Positions 31,341 to 42,290 of a stretch of DNA of 64,000 nt are shown piece by piece. Made by a program: the position numbers and the translations under genes. Position 1 is the first letter of the stretch, and every line of letters begins with the position of its first letter. The DNA is taken from assembly GCA_951406725.2 (NCBI GenBank), contig OX597829.1:43772001-43836000 (forward strand), in the 5' to 3' direction. The notes beneath the pieces are model-generated. The model ran no database searches, had not been told where the DNA came from, and was given only the letters and a program-made list of their open reading frames with translations. This DNA comes from Octopus vulgaris. Lineage: Eukaryota.

Positions 31341-31506
31341 AGGAGTGGCTGTGTGGTAAGTAGCTTGCTAACCAACCACATGGTTCCGGGTTCAGTCCCA
31401 CTGCGTGGCATCTTGGGCAAGTGTCTTCTGCAATAGCCTCGGGCCGACCAATGCCTTGTGAGTGGATTTGGTAGACGGAAACTGAAAGAAGCCTGTCGTA
31501 CATATG

Positions 31507-31537
<31 letters not shown>

Positions 31538-31759
31538 TTGTGTGTCTGTGTTTGTTCCCCCAGCATTGCTTGACAACCGATGCTGGTGTGTTTACGTCCC
31601 TGTCACTTAGCGGTTCGGCAAAAAGAGATCGATAGTATAAGTACTGGGCTTACAAAAAGAATAAGTCCCAGGGTCGAGTTGCTCGACTAAAGGCGGTGCT
31701 CCAGCATGGCCGCAGTCAAATGACTGAAACAAGTAAAAGAGTAAAAAGAGTAAAGAGAG
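31341..31759 (+). mobile_element. SINE family A copy
   Basis: Full-length, ending in an agtaaaag-repeat tail. Confidence 0.88.
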
Positions 31760-31869
31760 TCCAATCAGATTATATAGGATTTGTTGGTATTTTTGTTACC
31801 CTTCCAATTAGGGTTCAAACTTACCAGGAAAAAACCTTCAAATTTTGCTTTTCAAAATTTTGTCATTTA

Positions 31870-31938
31870 CACAAACGGCGTTGCCATTCACAAACGGCGT
31901 TGCCATTCACAAACGGCGTTGCCATTCACAAACGGCGG
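31870..31938. repeat. 19-bp tandem repeat, about 3.5 copies
   Basis: Unit acaaacggcgttgccattc. Confidence 0.9.
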
Positions 31939-32054
31939 TAATTCACAGACAGGTGCAGCAATTACAAAGGGAACAGAACGGTTTTTTCCAATGTTTGAAA
32001 GTTCAAAGTTCAAATAACTGCACCACTGATTTGGTGCAAAACGAGAGTAGCAGT

Positions 32055-32090
<36 letters not shown>

Positions 32091-32500
32091 ACTAGCAAAA
32101 TCAAAGACAGCAGCATTCTCATGGAAGGAGAAGTGTGTTTGTCATCATTGAAAGTTCAAAGTTCAAACAACTGTATCGCTTGCTACAACGGCAAAGTCAG
32201 TAACATTAAAAACAATTACAAAAGCAGGAAAATCATTAGAAAAAAAATACAACGGTACAGCACCGTCGATACAAGCAAAATGGCCGAAACAACAACATGA
32301 GCAGTAGTATCATTCGAAAGCAAAATCAAGTGCAGTAATATCATCAACAGCAACAACAACTGCAACGATAATAAGGAGTAGTTTTCACAAAAGAATTATA
32401 CAGTCTTATTGTGTTTTGAGAGTCATTTCTCTTTTAGTGTCTTCTTAATTTAAACACACTCACCGGTCTGATTTCCACTCATTTACCTACTTATTTTTTC

Positions 32501-32537
32501 CTAAAATTTTCGTCGCGTCTTGCAACCTTTTCAATAG
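32501..32537 (-). ncRNA. Minimal hammerhead-like motif, U3-A8 core variant
   Basis: Minus strand: cta-TTGAAAA-g-gttgc(aagac)gcgac-GAA-AATT-T-tag. Confidence 0.55.
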
Positions 32538-32559
32538 TCTGTCCGTTATCCGAACTACT

Positions 32560-32983
32560 CTCACTCTTTACTCTTTTACTCTTTTACTTGTTTCAGTCAT
32601 TTTACTACGGCTATGCTGGAGCATCGCCTTTAGTCGAGCAAATCGACCCCGGGACTTATTGTTTGTAAGCCCAGTACTTATTATATCGGTCTCTTTTTGC
32701 CGAACTGCTAAGTAACGGGGACGTAAACACACCAGCATCAGTTGTCAAGCAATGGTAGGGGGACACACACAGACACACAAACATATACACACACACATAC
32801 ATATATATATACATATATACGACAGGCTTCTTTCAGTTTTCGTCTACCAAATCCACTCACAAGGCATTAGTCGGCCCGGAGCTATAGCAGAAGACACTTG
32901 CCCCAGATACCATGCAGTGGGACTGAACCTGGAACCATGTGGTTGGTTAGCAAGCTACTTACCACACAGCCACTCCTGCGCCT
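32560..32983 (-). mobile_element. SINE family A copy
   Basis: Inverted relative to 31341-31759. Confidence 0.88.
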
Positions 32984-33228
32984 ACGTTTTTTTTCTTTTT
33001 TTTTTTTTTTTGATTTAGAAACAGTGAAGGAAGAGGGGCTGAGCTCACACTTCCTTCTGGAACACTATCTCTAACTGTTAGAAGGGTTACTATGCATCTC
33101 TGCCTTTGCGTATGAGAAAGCTTTTTATGTGTATATATATATAAGTTCACTTACATGTACAGATATCTATGTGGTTGTGGTATGGATTCATTTACAGAGA
33201 AGTTCAATAGATTGGTTAGTAAACAAAC

Positions 33229-33461
33229 AAGGCGGCGGGCTGGCAGAAACGTTAGCACGTCGGGCGAAATGCTTAGCGGTATTTCCTCTGCCGTTACGTT
33301 CTGAGTTCAAATTCCGCCGAGGTCGACTTTACCTTTCATCCTTTCAGGGTCGATAAATTAAGTACCAGTTACGCAGTGGGGTCCATGTAATCGACTTAAT
33401 ACCTATGTCTGTCCTTGTTTGTCCCCTCTGTGTTTAGCCCCTTGTGGGTAATAAAGAAATA
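33229..33461 (+). mobile_element. SINE family B copy
   Basis: TSD ggttagtaaacaaacaag. Confidence 0.92.
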
Positions 33462-33835
33462 GGTTAGTAAACAAACAAGTACAAGTGTTAACGTTATCTG
33501 CTAAACTTGCTTGAAACTCTTGAGACAAAGGATAGATATCACATCTGTGATGATTGACAGTAAATGTAAATGGCTATCTGTTTCATTCACTCTTTAAAAT
33601 ATGCTCTGAGTCCATCTTTTTACTGTAATTATCGCTTCTCTGAATCATTTCATATTGGCAAAACACTGTAGCTTTCTTCGTTTTGTTTGTAGTGTTAATT
33701 AATACCTTAATAAAAAGGAAATTTCACCCAGAAATTGTGGCTACAGGTTTACACACACACACGCGCGCGCACACACACATGCATACATACATAATACAAG
33801 CATTCATACATACGTACATACATACATGCATACAT

Positions 33836-34212
33836 AGGAGTGGCTGTGTGGTAAGAAGCTTGCTTCCCAACAAAATGGTTCCCTGTTCAGTCGTACTTCG
33901 TGGCACCTTGGGCAAGTGACTTCTTCGATAGCCTCAGGCCGACCACAGCCTTGTGAGTGGATTTGGTAGACGGAAACTGAAACAAGACCGTTGTGCGTGT
34001 GTATGTGTGTGGGGGGTGCGTGTGTGTCTGTATTTGTCCCTCCACCACCCTTTGACAATCGATGTTGGTATGCTTATGTTCCCGTAACTTAGGTGTTCGG
34101 CAAAAGAGACCGATAGAATAAGTACTAGGCTTACAGAGAACGATTAGTTCGACTAGAAGCGCTGCTCCAGCTTGGCCGCAATCAAATGACTGAAACAAAA
34201 GAATAAAAAAGA
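33836..34212 (+). mobile_element. SINE family A copy (diverged)
   Basis: Similarity to the other copies. Confidence 0.8.
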
Positions 34213-34220
34213 ATAAAATA

Positions 34221-34287
<67 letters not shown>

Positions 34288-34302
34288 ATACATACATGCA
34301 TA

Positions 34303-34333
<31 letters not shown>

Positions 34334-34404
34334 TACGGAGATTTACTTGCATAACAAGTGACTTGATCTGAGATCGTGTGCTGATCTCAGATGCAGCACG
34401 AAGT

Positions 34405-34455
34405 TTTGTCAGTGAACAGGTCCCGGTTTCAAGGCGACGAAAATATTTTGACAAA
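34405..34455 (+). ncRNA. Minimal hammerhead motif, G3-C8 core variant (second copy)
   Basis: tttgtca-GTGAACA-g-gtccc(ggtttcaag)gcgac-GAA-AATATT-T-tgacaaa, within repeat 34334-34533. Confidence 0.7.
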
Positions 34456-34530
34456 TTAGATTTAAATGTTGAAGTGAATCTAACAGTTTTTGTGCGTTTT
34501 AAATGGCTTATAAACACTTTCCACGCTGCA

Positions 34531-34627
<97 letters not shown>

Positions 34628-34972
34628 TTATTTATATTTATATATCGAGTTAGAAAACAGACCGAACTCATGGATACCGATTAATTTATTAATTAATCAA
34701 CATATTCAGAAACAAAATTACAAAACACATATATATATATATATATACATATGAGCACCGAGCAGTGTTTGAACATCAGCGAAAATTAGGTTAGTCAAAA
34801 TATGCTTGCGACATAATTTTAACTGCTAAAGGCAAATTAACCGCAGTTACCGTGGAGAAAAATTCTCTCTTATGGATAAAAAAAAAATGTAAAGACCCCA
34901 TATCTGCACGCACGCACGCACGCACCCACGCACGCATGCACGCACGCATGCACGCACGCACGCACGCACGCA

Positions 34973-35024
<52 letters not shown>

Positions 35025-35088
35025 AAATGTTGAGCGATCATTCAGCTTAGTGTAAAATTGCTGTTAATAAAAATAAACATTAATACAT

Positions 35089-35152
<64 letters not shown>

Positions 35153-35282
35153 TTGTATACATACACGCATGTATGTATTAATGTTTGTTTTTATTAACAC
35201 CAATTTTACACAAAGCTGAACGATTGCTCAGCGCTTCTTGTAGCGATCCTATTCATTATATATTTAAAGGTAGAGGGTTGAT

Positions 35283-35361
35283 AGTGACTACGAAGTTTCG
35301 ACCTGCTAGCCTTCATCGGGCGGTCCGATGAAGGTTAGCAGGTTGAAATTTCAAAGTTACT
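35283..35361. ncRNA. Back-to-back inverted pair of hammerhead-like motifs (CCGAUGA core)
   Basis: Minus strand: CCGATGA-a-ggc(tagcag)gtc-GAA-ACT(tcgt)AGT-C. A diverged copy lies on the plus strand at 35325-35361. Confidence 0.55.
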
Positions 35362-35723
35362 GGACACTACTCAATCTCGCTGAAGTCCTGCTTCTTTTGG
35401 AGTACAAAGTAACAGACGGAAGTCGTAACTTACAATGCGCCTCGAAGTGGATCAAAGGATGAAATGTTTGTTTATAATATACTACGATGACCTTTTTTTA
35501 AAAACTAATACACAGAAATATTGTAATATTGGTATCATTTAGGATTAAACTAACCGTAGATTTTATATATTATTATACACGATCTTAATTCTTCTGTCCC
35601 CATGCGTCATCAGTTTGCTCTTTTTCTATCGACAGATCACCTCCCATTAATGCCCTGCTTTTGTATCATTTTTTTCTTCTTCATCGATTCTATATCTCTC
35701 ACCTTACCTTCTTTAACTGTCTC

Positions 35724-35782
<59 letters not shown>

Positions 35783-35821
35783 ATCTCTTTCTCTATCTAT
35801 CTATTGTTGTCATTTTCTCTA

Positions 35822-35960
35822 GAACTAACCAAAATAGCTCAGATGGCAGAACCGTGAACGGAAGATCCGAAAGACTATGTTCAATTCCAGGTTTGTATGC
35901 TTTCTAAATGGCGGTTCCCTAGTGTGCTCACAGTCTTTGTGCTGGTTACACATAAAGGAA
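35822..35960 (+). mobile_element. Short tRNA-like SINE ending at the (TAG/TAA)n tract
   Basis: A-box tagctcagatgg and B-box-like gttcaattcc. Confidence 0.45.
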
Positions 35961-35974
35961 TAGTAGTAGTAGTA

Positions 35975-36032
<58 letters not shown>

Positions 36033-36057
36033 CAACAATAACAACAACAACAAAAAC

Positions 36058-36098
<41 letters not shown>

Positions 36099-36099
36099 C

Positions 36100-36160
<61 letters not shown>

Positions 36161-36162
<2 letters not shown>

Positions 36163-36659
36163 GTGTTATCATGTACATTGTTTTGTCTTGGTATAAAAGA
36201 TGGGCTACAGCAAATATTCTGCTCAATACCACAGATTTGCTTGTCAGTTGTTTGACCTTAACCAGTTGAGCATGTCCCTTAGTGGCTGACGATATGTGCA
36301 TCTCTGATCACGAGCAGAAGTAGTGGGGGAGCATCATAGCCATGTGTTGAGAGGGATTCTTTGGGGTTTGAATAGTTCACCTCTGGAAACATGGGTGGTT
36401 CTTTCAACATCCTTAAACAACCCTTATTCGGGGACCGTTTGAGCGGGATGGGCTACTCGACCTGAAGAAAATTCTAACTGGGCCCCACCTGCAAGGTCAT
36501 GTGCTGTTTATCTTGATATGAGATCACCATGTCGCGCACATATGGTTGTGATGCATGTGCCTGGTGTACCTTTATCAGACGGGTAGTCATGATGGGTATA
36601 TTGGGCTTCGTATATTTTACCCCAGTGTCACTTTGATGGCATGCACTGCTCTCTCACTC
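36161..36659 (+). mobile_element. About 500-bp non-coding element flanked by (AAT)n, copy 1
   Basis: Near-identical to 37066-37564; partial copy at about 57094-57290. Confidence 0.85.
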
Positions 36660-36681
36660 AATAATAATAATAATAATAATA

Positions 36682-36882
36682 ACTTTCTATGTAATCTCAA
36701 GTTTTAAAACAAACATAATTTTCCTATGGTTTCTTAAACATTCACTAGTACAACACTAAGTACAAAACCAAATATATGGCACCCTAGGCATAACACCAAC
36801 ATGAACTTCCAACTAGTTGTCTCTTGAGGTCTCTGGGTGAAACTTGGAACCAACTTGTACAAATGTAAAGCAAAAGTCAAAC

Positions 36883-36883
<1 letters not shown>
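36682..36883 (+). mobile_element. Probable 3' end of an R4/Dong-like LINE in (AAT)n
   Basis: Begins actttctatgtaa (TLSM*-like, compare RRALSM* at 47185) and has a UTR running into (AAT)n. Confidence 0.55.
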
Positions 36884-36972
<89 letters not shown>

Positions 36973-36996
36973 GTAGTTGTAGCAGGAGTAGTAGTA

Positions 36997-37065
<69 letters not shown>

Positions 37066-37067
<2 letters not shown>

Positions 37068-37564
37068 GTGTTATCATGTACATTGTTTTGTCTTGGTATA
37101 AAAGATGGGCTACAGCAAATATTCTGCTCAATACCACAGATTTGCTTGTCAGTTGTTTGACCTTAACCAGTTGAGCATGTCCCTTAGTGGCTGACGATAT
37201 GTGCATCTCTGATCACGAGCAGAAGTAGTGGGGGAGCATCATAGCCATGTGTTGAGAGGGATGCTTTGGGGTTTGAATAATTCACATCTGGAAACATGGA
37301 TGGTTCTTTCAACATCCTTAAACAACCCTTATTCAGGGACCGTTTGAGCGGGATGGGCTACTCGACCTGAAGAAAATTCTAACTGGGCCCCACCTGCAAG
37401 GTCATGTGCTGTTTATCCTGATATGAGATCACCATGTCGCGCACATATGGTTGTGATGCATGTGCCTGGTGTACCCTTATCAGACGGGTAGTCATGATGG
37501 GTATATTGGGCTTCGTATATTTTACCCCAGTGTCACTTTGATGGCATGCACTGCTCTCTCACTC
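37066..37564 (+). mobile_element. About 500-bp non-coding element flanked by (AAT)n, copy 2
   Basis: Near-identical to 36161-36659. Confidence 0.85.
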
Positions 37565-37616
37565 AATAATAATAATAATAATAATAATAATGATGATGAT
37601 GATGATGATGATGATG

Positions 37617-37705
<89 letters not shown>

Positions 37706-37985
37706 CAATTCTTTTTTATTGGCCACAAGGGCTGACACGCATGATTACATAAAGGGACAATACAGGACGAAAGGTTACAAAGGGTTTTGTCCGTTTGTTA
37801 AAAAATCCGTGTAAAAAACTTTAAAACAATGATTATTAAAACAATGAAAAACTCCCAAAAGGGGGAGACGTCTCGAAAGATTCCTGGTGGAAAAAACCCT
37901 ACAAAAGCCAACGGGAGCCTGGTCAAAAAAAGGGGGTGTAGAGAGTCCCCTTTCTTCTCCTTTTACATTACCTTTTTCTTTGAAA

Positions 37986-40856
37986 TCACAGGCGAAACCT
38001 GAGAACTGGTCCATTTATACAGGCCAGTCTCGCACAATTCACCCACCTTTCATAAAACTTGCTATCGGACAGCACTTTCCTCTCTAACCTCATCTTCCTT
38101 TTCAAGTGAAACTTGAAAAAGTTGATGAGGCCTTGACCAAAGAGGAAAGTGTCTGACTTTAGCCCTTTCAAACGAGTCCACCACACAACTTCTTTCGCCA
38201 CAGCCACAAGGCACAAGAAAACGGCCTCGCCCTCCTTGTTAAAGGAGGTCGGCGGGGCAATCTTCACTATGGATTCGGCCGATAGTCGGATCCGTCCTAC
38301 ACGTGACAGTAGCTGTTCGACATAAACCCATATTTCAGCAATACTCGGGCACTGGACGAGTGCGTGCAGAACGGTTTCATCGTCCTGGCAACACCTCGGG
38401 CAGGCCCGGCTGACGGCACTTCCGTGCCGGTAGAGTTTATCTCGAACAGGCAGAGCCCCTCGGTAGCACTGCCAGGCGAGAGACCTCTGGAAATTATCCA
38501 TCGGCCCCGGCCCGAAAGTCCTCCCGAACAGACCGCTCAGTTCGTCGTCTTCAACGCCTAGAGTTTCCCCGAGAACGTCGTCGCATTTTTCCTCCACTAA
38601 CCCTCTATAGAACGCTAGAGTGGAGCTGTAACCGACCGCATTGCCCGCCTGGTGGAGGGCGGAGAGGGCTTGACGGCACTCGAGGTGCCAAGCGCCCTTT
38701 CTCGGTCTACGTTTGATCCAGGTCTGCAGCTCCGTCAAAGAGACGAGCTGCGGAAAATCGCGTCTGACAAAAGACGACCACACCTGTTCACCGTCTAGGA
38801 AGCGCTTGAGATGCCGCAGCCTGAGCGCATGTCTGCGCAACAGCAACCACGGCATTCCAAGGCCTCCGTTCAGCGGTCGTTGACAGCAGATGGATCGCCT
38901 GACCAGTGGCACCTGACCCTTCCACAAAAAGTCGAAGAGCAGACGTACCAGCTTGGCCAACCAGCGGTCGGGACAAGGGACGACGGTCAAGCGGTAATAG
39001 ATGACGGATGCGATGTACGCATTCGCCACCTCCGCTCGACCTTTCAGGGACAGCTTCCTCTCGGCCCATTTCTGGGTGAGACGTGCCACCCTGCTCGTCA
39101 CCTCTTCCCAGTTCTTATCCACCTGGAGGTCCGGACCGAACCAGACCCCGAGCAGTTTAACGGGTCCGTCTGTCCAGCGCCCTACGACGCTGTTGGACGG
39201 CATGGGCTTGCCTCTCCAGGTGCCCAGTTGCAAGCCCACAGACTTTTCCGCGTTAATCTTTGCCCCTGTCACCGCTTCGTACTGGTTTAGCGTCTCGCCA
39301 ATCAGGCCAATGTGCCTGTGGCTCGACACCACCACGGTGACGTCGTCGGCATAAGCAGACACGCTGTTTCCGCCTCCTAGATCGCGCGGGATACCCCTCA
39401 AAGCCTCCAACTTGCGCAGTAATGGCTCGAGAGTCAAAATGTACAAGAGGGAGGAGAGAGGGCATCCTTGGCGGACCGAACGCGAGATGTCGAACGGTTC
39501 CGAAAGGTGACCGTTCACCCGTATCACTGAGCAGATGTTGCTGTATAAAGCAGCGATCCACCCGCGGAAGACTGGACCGAAGCCGGCTGCCCTGAGGACA
39601 GCTGCCAGGTACCGATGGTCGACCCTATCGAAGGCTTTACTCTGATCCAAGTTGATCAAAGCCCCACCCGCGCCAGCGTCGTTACCCACCCTCTCTATGA
39701 TGTAGCGCATGAGATGGAGGTTGTCGTGTATCGACCTGGTCGGCACGGCGCATGTCTGCGTCTCGCCGACCAGCTTGTCCACGACAAGCGCCAATCTCTT
39801 GGCTAGCACCTTGGCCAAAATCTTCAACTCTGCATTGAGCAGAGTGATGGGCCGGAAATTCCCTATAACGTCCCCCTTGTTTGGGTCCTTCTTTAGCAAA
39901 GCCACCACCCCTCGACAGACAAAAGCAGGAATTCTCCCGTTTTGCTGCCAGTTGCAGTAGACGTTTGCCAACAGGTCCGCAAACAAGTCTGGCATTGAAA
40001 AGTAAAGCTCGTAGGGCAGACCATCCAAACCCGGCGATCTACCTCTCGTGCAACTCTTCATCGCTTCCTGTACTTCCCAGGCAGATATCGGTCCTTCGCA
40101 GCACTCTGCCTCGCTGTCCGAGAGTTGCGGCAGTCCGTCCAGGTACACACCGAAGTCTGTACCGTTGGTGTCCGTTCCACCGCTCGTCCCAAACAGTTGA
40201 GCAAAGTGCCGCTGAAGCACCGTACACATCTGCTTCGGTTGGGTAACCTCGCGCCCGTTCTGGTCCACCAAAGACCGAATGGTTGCTCTGTTGCCTCGCT
40301 TCGCCTCCGCCACGCGGGCCCATCGAGCGGCTCTAGTCCCCTCCCCGCTTAGCGAACGTGCCTTAGCTCTGACAACGCAGCCTTCGTGTTTGGCGTCGAA
40401 GTGTTGGTCGAGGGCCAACCTTGCCGCCAACACGTCGGTCGCGATGCCAGTGTCAAGAGCCTCGTCTAGTTTCTTAACTAAATCCCGCTCTCTCTTCCTA
40501 CGTTCAATAGCTAGAGTCTTACTATACCTAATCGACTCTACTCTAATTGCTCTCTTGAGGGCAAACCACCAGTTGTTGTTGATGATTGCCCCCGTGAGCG
40601 CCCGCTTAACTAGTAAACTAATCCGGTCTCTGTAAGCTTTGCACGCCGTTAACGACGCGTTCAGCTTCCAGTAGCCGGGTCCCTGTCTATGTAGCCTATC
40701 TAAGTCGACCGTACAGATCACTAATTTGTGGTCCGTATATTCGACTAGGTGGAATTGTGGACACCCTACGCTGTCCTTATCCGCTGGCCTACAAAACACT
40801 CTATCTAAGTACGATCTAGACGACCCGATGCGGTTTGTCCAAGTCCACATTGGCAC
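37986..40856 (-). CDS. LINE ORF2 remainder: endonuclease C-terminus, reverse transcriptase and zf-RVT-like motif
   Basis: SYLDR and TDH (endonuclease); SPGLDG, NFRPITLLN, KAFDRV, RQGCPLS and YADD (RT); GGLG; CPRC...ETVLHALVQC. Confidence 0.97.
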   Translation of the reverse strand: MPMWTWTNRIGSSRSYLDRVFCRPADKDSVGCPQFHLVEYTDHKLVICTVDLDRLHRQGPGYWKLNASLTACKAYRDRISLLVKRALTGAIINNNWWFALKRAIRVESIRYSKTLAIERRKRERDLVKKLDEALDTGIATDVLAARLALDQHFDAKHEGCVVRAKARSLSGEGTRAARWARVAEAKRGNRATIRSLVDQNGREVTQPKQMCTVLQRHFAQLFGTSGGTDTNGTDFGVYLDGLPQLSDSEAECCEGPISAWEVQEAMKSCTRGRSPGLDGLPYELYFSMPDLFADLLANVYCNWQQNGRIPAFVCRGVVALLKKDPNKGDVIGNFRPITLLNAELKILAKVLAKRLALVVDKLVGETQTCAVPTRSIHDNLHLMRYIIERVGNDAGAGGALINLDQSKAFDRVDHRYLAAVLRAAGFGPVFRGWIAALYSNICSVIRVNGHLSEPFDISRSVRQGCPLSSLLYILTLEPLLRKLEALRGIPRDLGGGNSVSAYADDVTVVVSSHRHIGLIGETLNQYEAVTGAKINAEKSVGLQLGTWRGKPMPSNSVVGRWTDGPVKLLGVWFGPDLQVDKNWEEVTSRVARLTQKWAERKLSLKGRAEVANAYIASVIYYRLTVVPCPDRWLAKLVRLLFDFLWKGQVPLVRRSICCQRPLNGGLGMPWLLLRRHALRLRHLKRFLDGEQVWSSFVRRDFPQLVSLTELQTWIKRRPRKGAWHLECRQALSALHQAGNAVGYSSTLAFYRGLVEEKCDDVLGETLGVEDDELSGLFGRTFGPGPMDNFQRSLAWQCYRGALPVRDKLYRHGSAVSRACPRCCQDDETVLHALVQCPSIAEIWVYVEQLLSRVGRIRLSAESIVKIAPPTSFNKEGEAVFLCLVAVAKEVVWWTRLKGLKSDTFLFGQGLINFFKFHLKRKMRLERKVLSDSKFYERWVNCARLACINGPVLRFRL

Positions 40857-40867
40857 ATTCGGGTTGT

Positions 40868-41419
40868 CTAGTCGAAACCTGTCGGACAGCTGAAAGCGGC
40901 CGAGTAGGTTGGCGAGGCTCTTGCACCCTCCCCTCTCCTAACAGACGCTCCCCTGCCCACCCGATCGAAACGTTCGTCTAAGACAGCGTTCCAATCCCCA
41001 ACTAGTACTAGAGTGCGTGACGTTCCCAGGAAAACTTCCAGACGTTTGAAATAATCCGACTGCCCTGCTCCTGTCGGAGCGTAGGCAGCCAGCAGTCTGA
41101 AAGCACCGCCGTCACTACCGTCGACGTCGAGGACCACCAACTTACCTTCCGGATCCAAGAAGACTGTCCTTATTTTCAGGTCCAGGCCCTTCCGAAACAA
41201 CACCGCAGTACCACCACCGCCCGCTCCCGGCCGACACGGAGATAGAAATATCTCGTATCCGCCGAAAAGGGCTGCGAGTTCCTGCGGGTCGGAGAGCCTG
41301 GTTTCACTGATGGCTGCTACATCCACATCATGAAACCTCAGGTCGTTTAACAGGTGACCCTGTTTCCAAGGTGACCCGAGGCCTCTCACATTCAAGCAAC
41401 CGATTCTAAGATTTGCCAT
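40868..41419 (-). CDS. LINE ORF2 N-terminal part: APE-type endonuclease (frameshifted from the rest of ORF2)
   Basis: Motifs LNVRGL, ISETR, AYAP and GDWN. The frame shifts in the purine run at about 40926-40939; the alternative frame continues GCKSLANLLGRFQLSDRFRLDNPNVPMWTW into the next ORF. Confidence 0.92.
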   Translation of the reverse strand: MANLRIGCLNVRGLGSPWKQGHLLNDLRFHDVDVAAISETRLSDPQELAALFGGYEIFLSPCRPGAGGGGTAVLFRKGLDLKIRTVFLDPEGKLVVLDVDGSDGGAFRLLAAYAPTGAGQSDYFKRLEVFLGTSRTLVLVGDWNAVLDERFDRVGRGASVRRGEGARASPTYSAAFSCPTGFD

Positions 41420-41454
41420 GTCTCAAAGTAGGGAAAAAAAGGAGAAAAAAGGCT

Positions 41455-42259
41455 CTACTTACTGTTGTTGGTGGTGGGGGTGGCTCCCTTGTGCTTTTGC
41501 ACGGGTGCTTCCACAATGTTTTTATAAAGTTTCTTCGAGAAACTTTTCCCTAGCGATCCCACATCGTTAGGGAATATTTGTTTGATTTCATCATATGTTT
41601 TTGCATTTATTTTTATTGTGAGAATGTGTGCTGGTGGTGTGTTTTGTGTTGGTATGATGAAATCGGTTATATTTGTACTAGTTTTGTTTTTTAAGTACTC
41701 CACTAGTTTTTGGTTCTTTGTGTTTATTGATGTAATTGTGTCTGTGTGTGTTTGTGTGTGTGGCAGTGGCAGTAGTGGTGTCGAAAGTGTTGTTGTTGTT
41801 TGTTGTTGTGAGTGTGTGTTGTTGTTGTTGTTGTTGTTGATGTTGGGAAGCACTATTTGTTCGTGCTTCCCCTGTAAATCTTTTTGTTTCTTCCTCCTTT
41901 TCTTCTTTGGAGGCACTATACTCCATTCTCCTTTGTTGGAATCAGAGCTCGCACAATCCGACTCTTCATCCGGCAAAGGAATGGTTGAGGGGTCTGCTTC
42001 AGTAGCAGGACGAAAAGTTTCTGGTTCCACCGGTATCGGTGGTGCCGCTGCTCCTGTTACTGTTGATGTCGCTGCTGTCGACCTTCGAGGTACTGGTGTC
42101 GGTGTTGGTTTGGTGGTGGTTGTCGGTGTTGGTTTGGTGGTGGTTGTTGTTGTTGGAGGTGGTGTTGTTCGTCTTGGTGCTGGTGTTGGTGATGGTGTTG
42201 GTGGTGTGGCAGCCTTTGGTGTTTCTTGCTGTTTTTGTTGTTTCTGTTGTTGTTGCTTG

Positions 42260-42290
<31 letters not shown>

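Noticed and set aside
31870-31938. CRISPR-like short repeats
   Set aside because: Direct tandem units without spacers, no cas genes, and a eukaryotic context.
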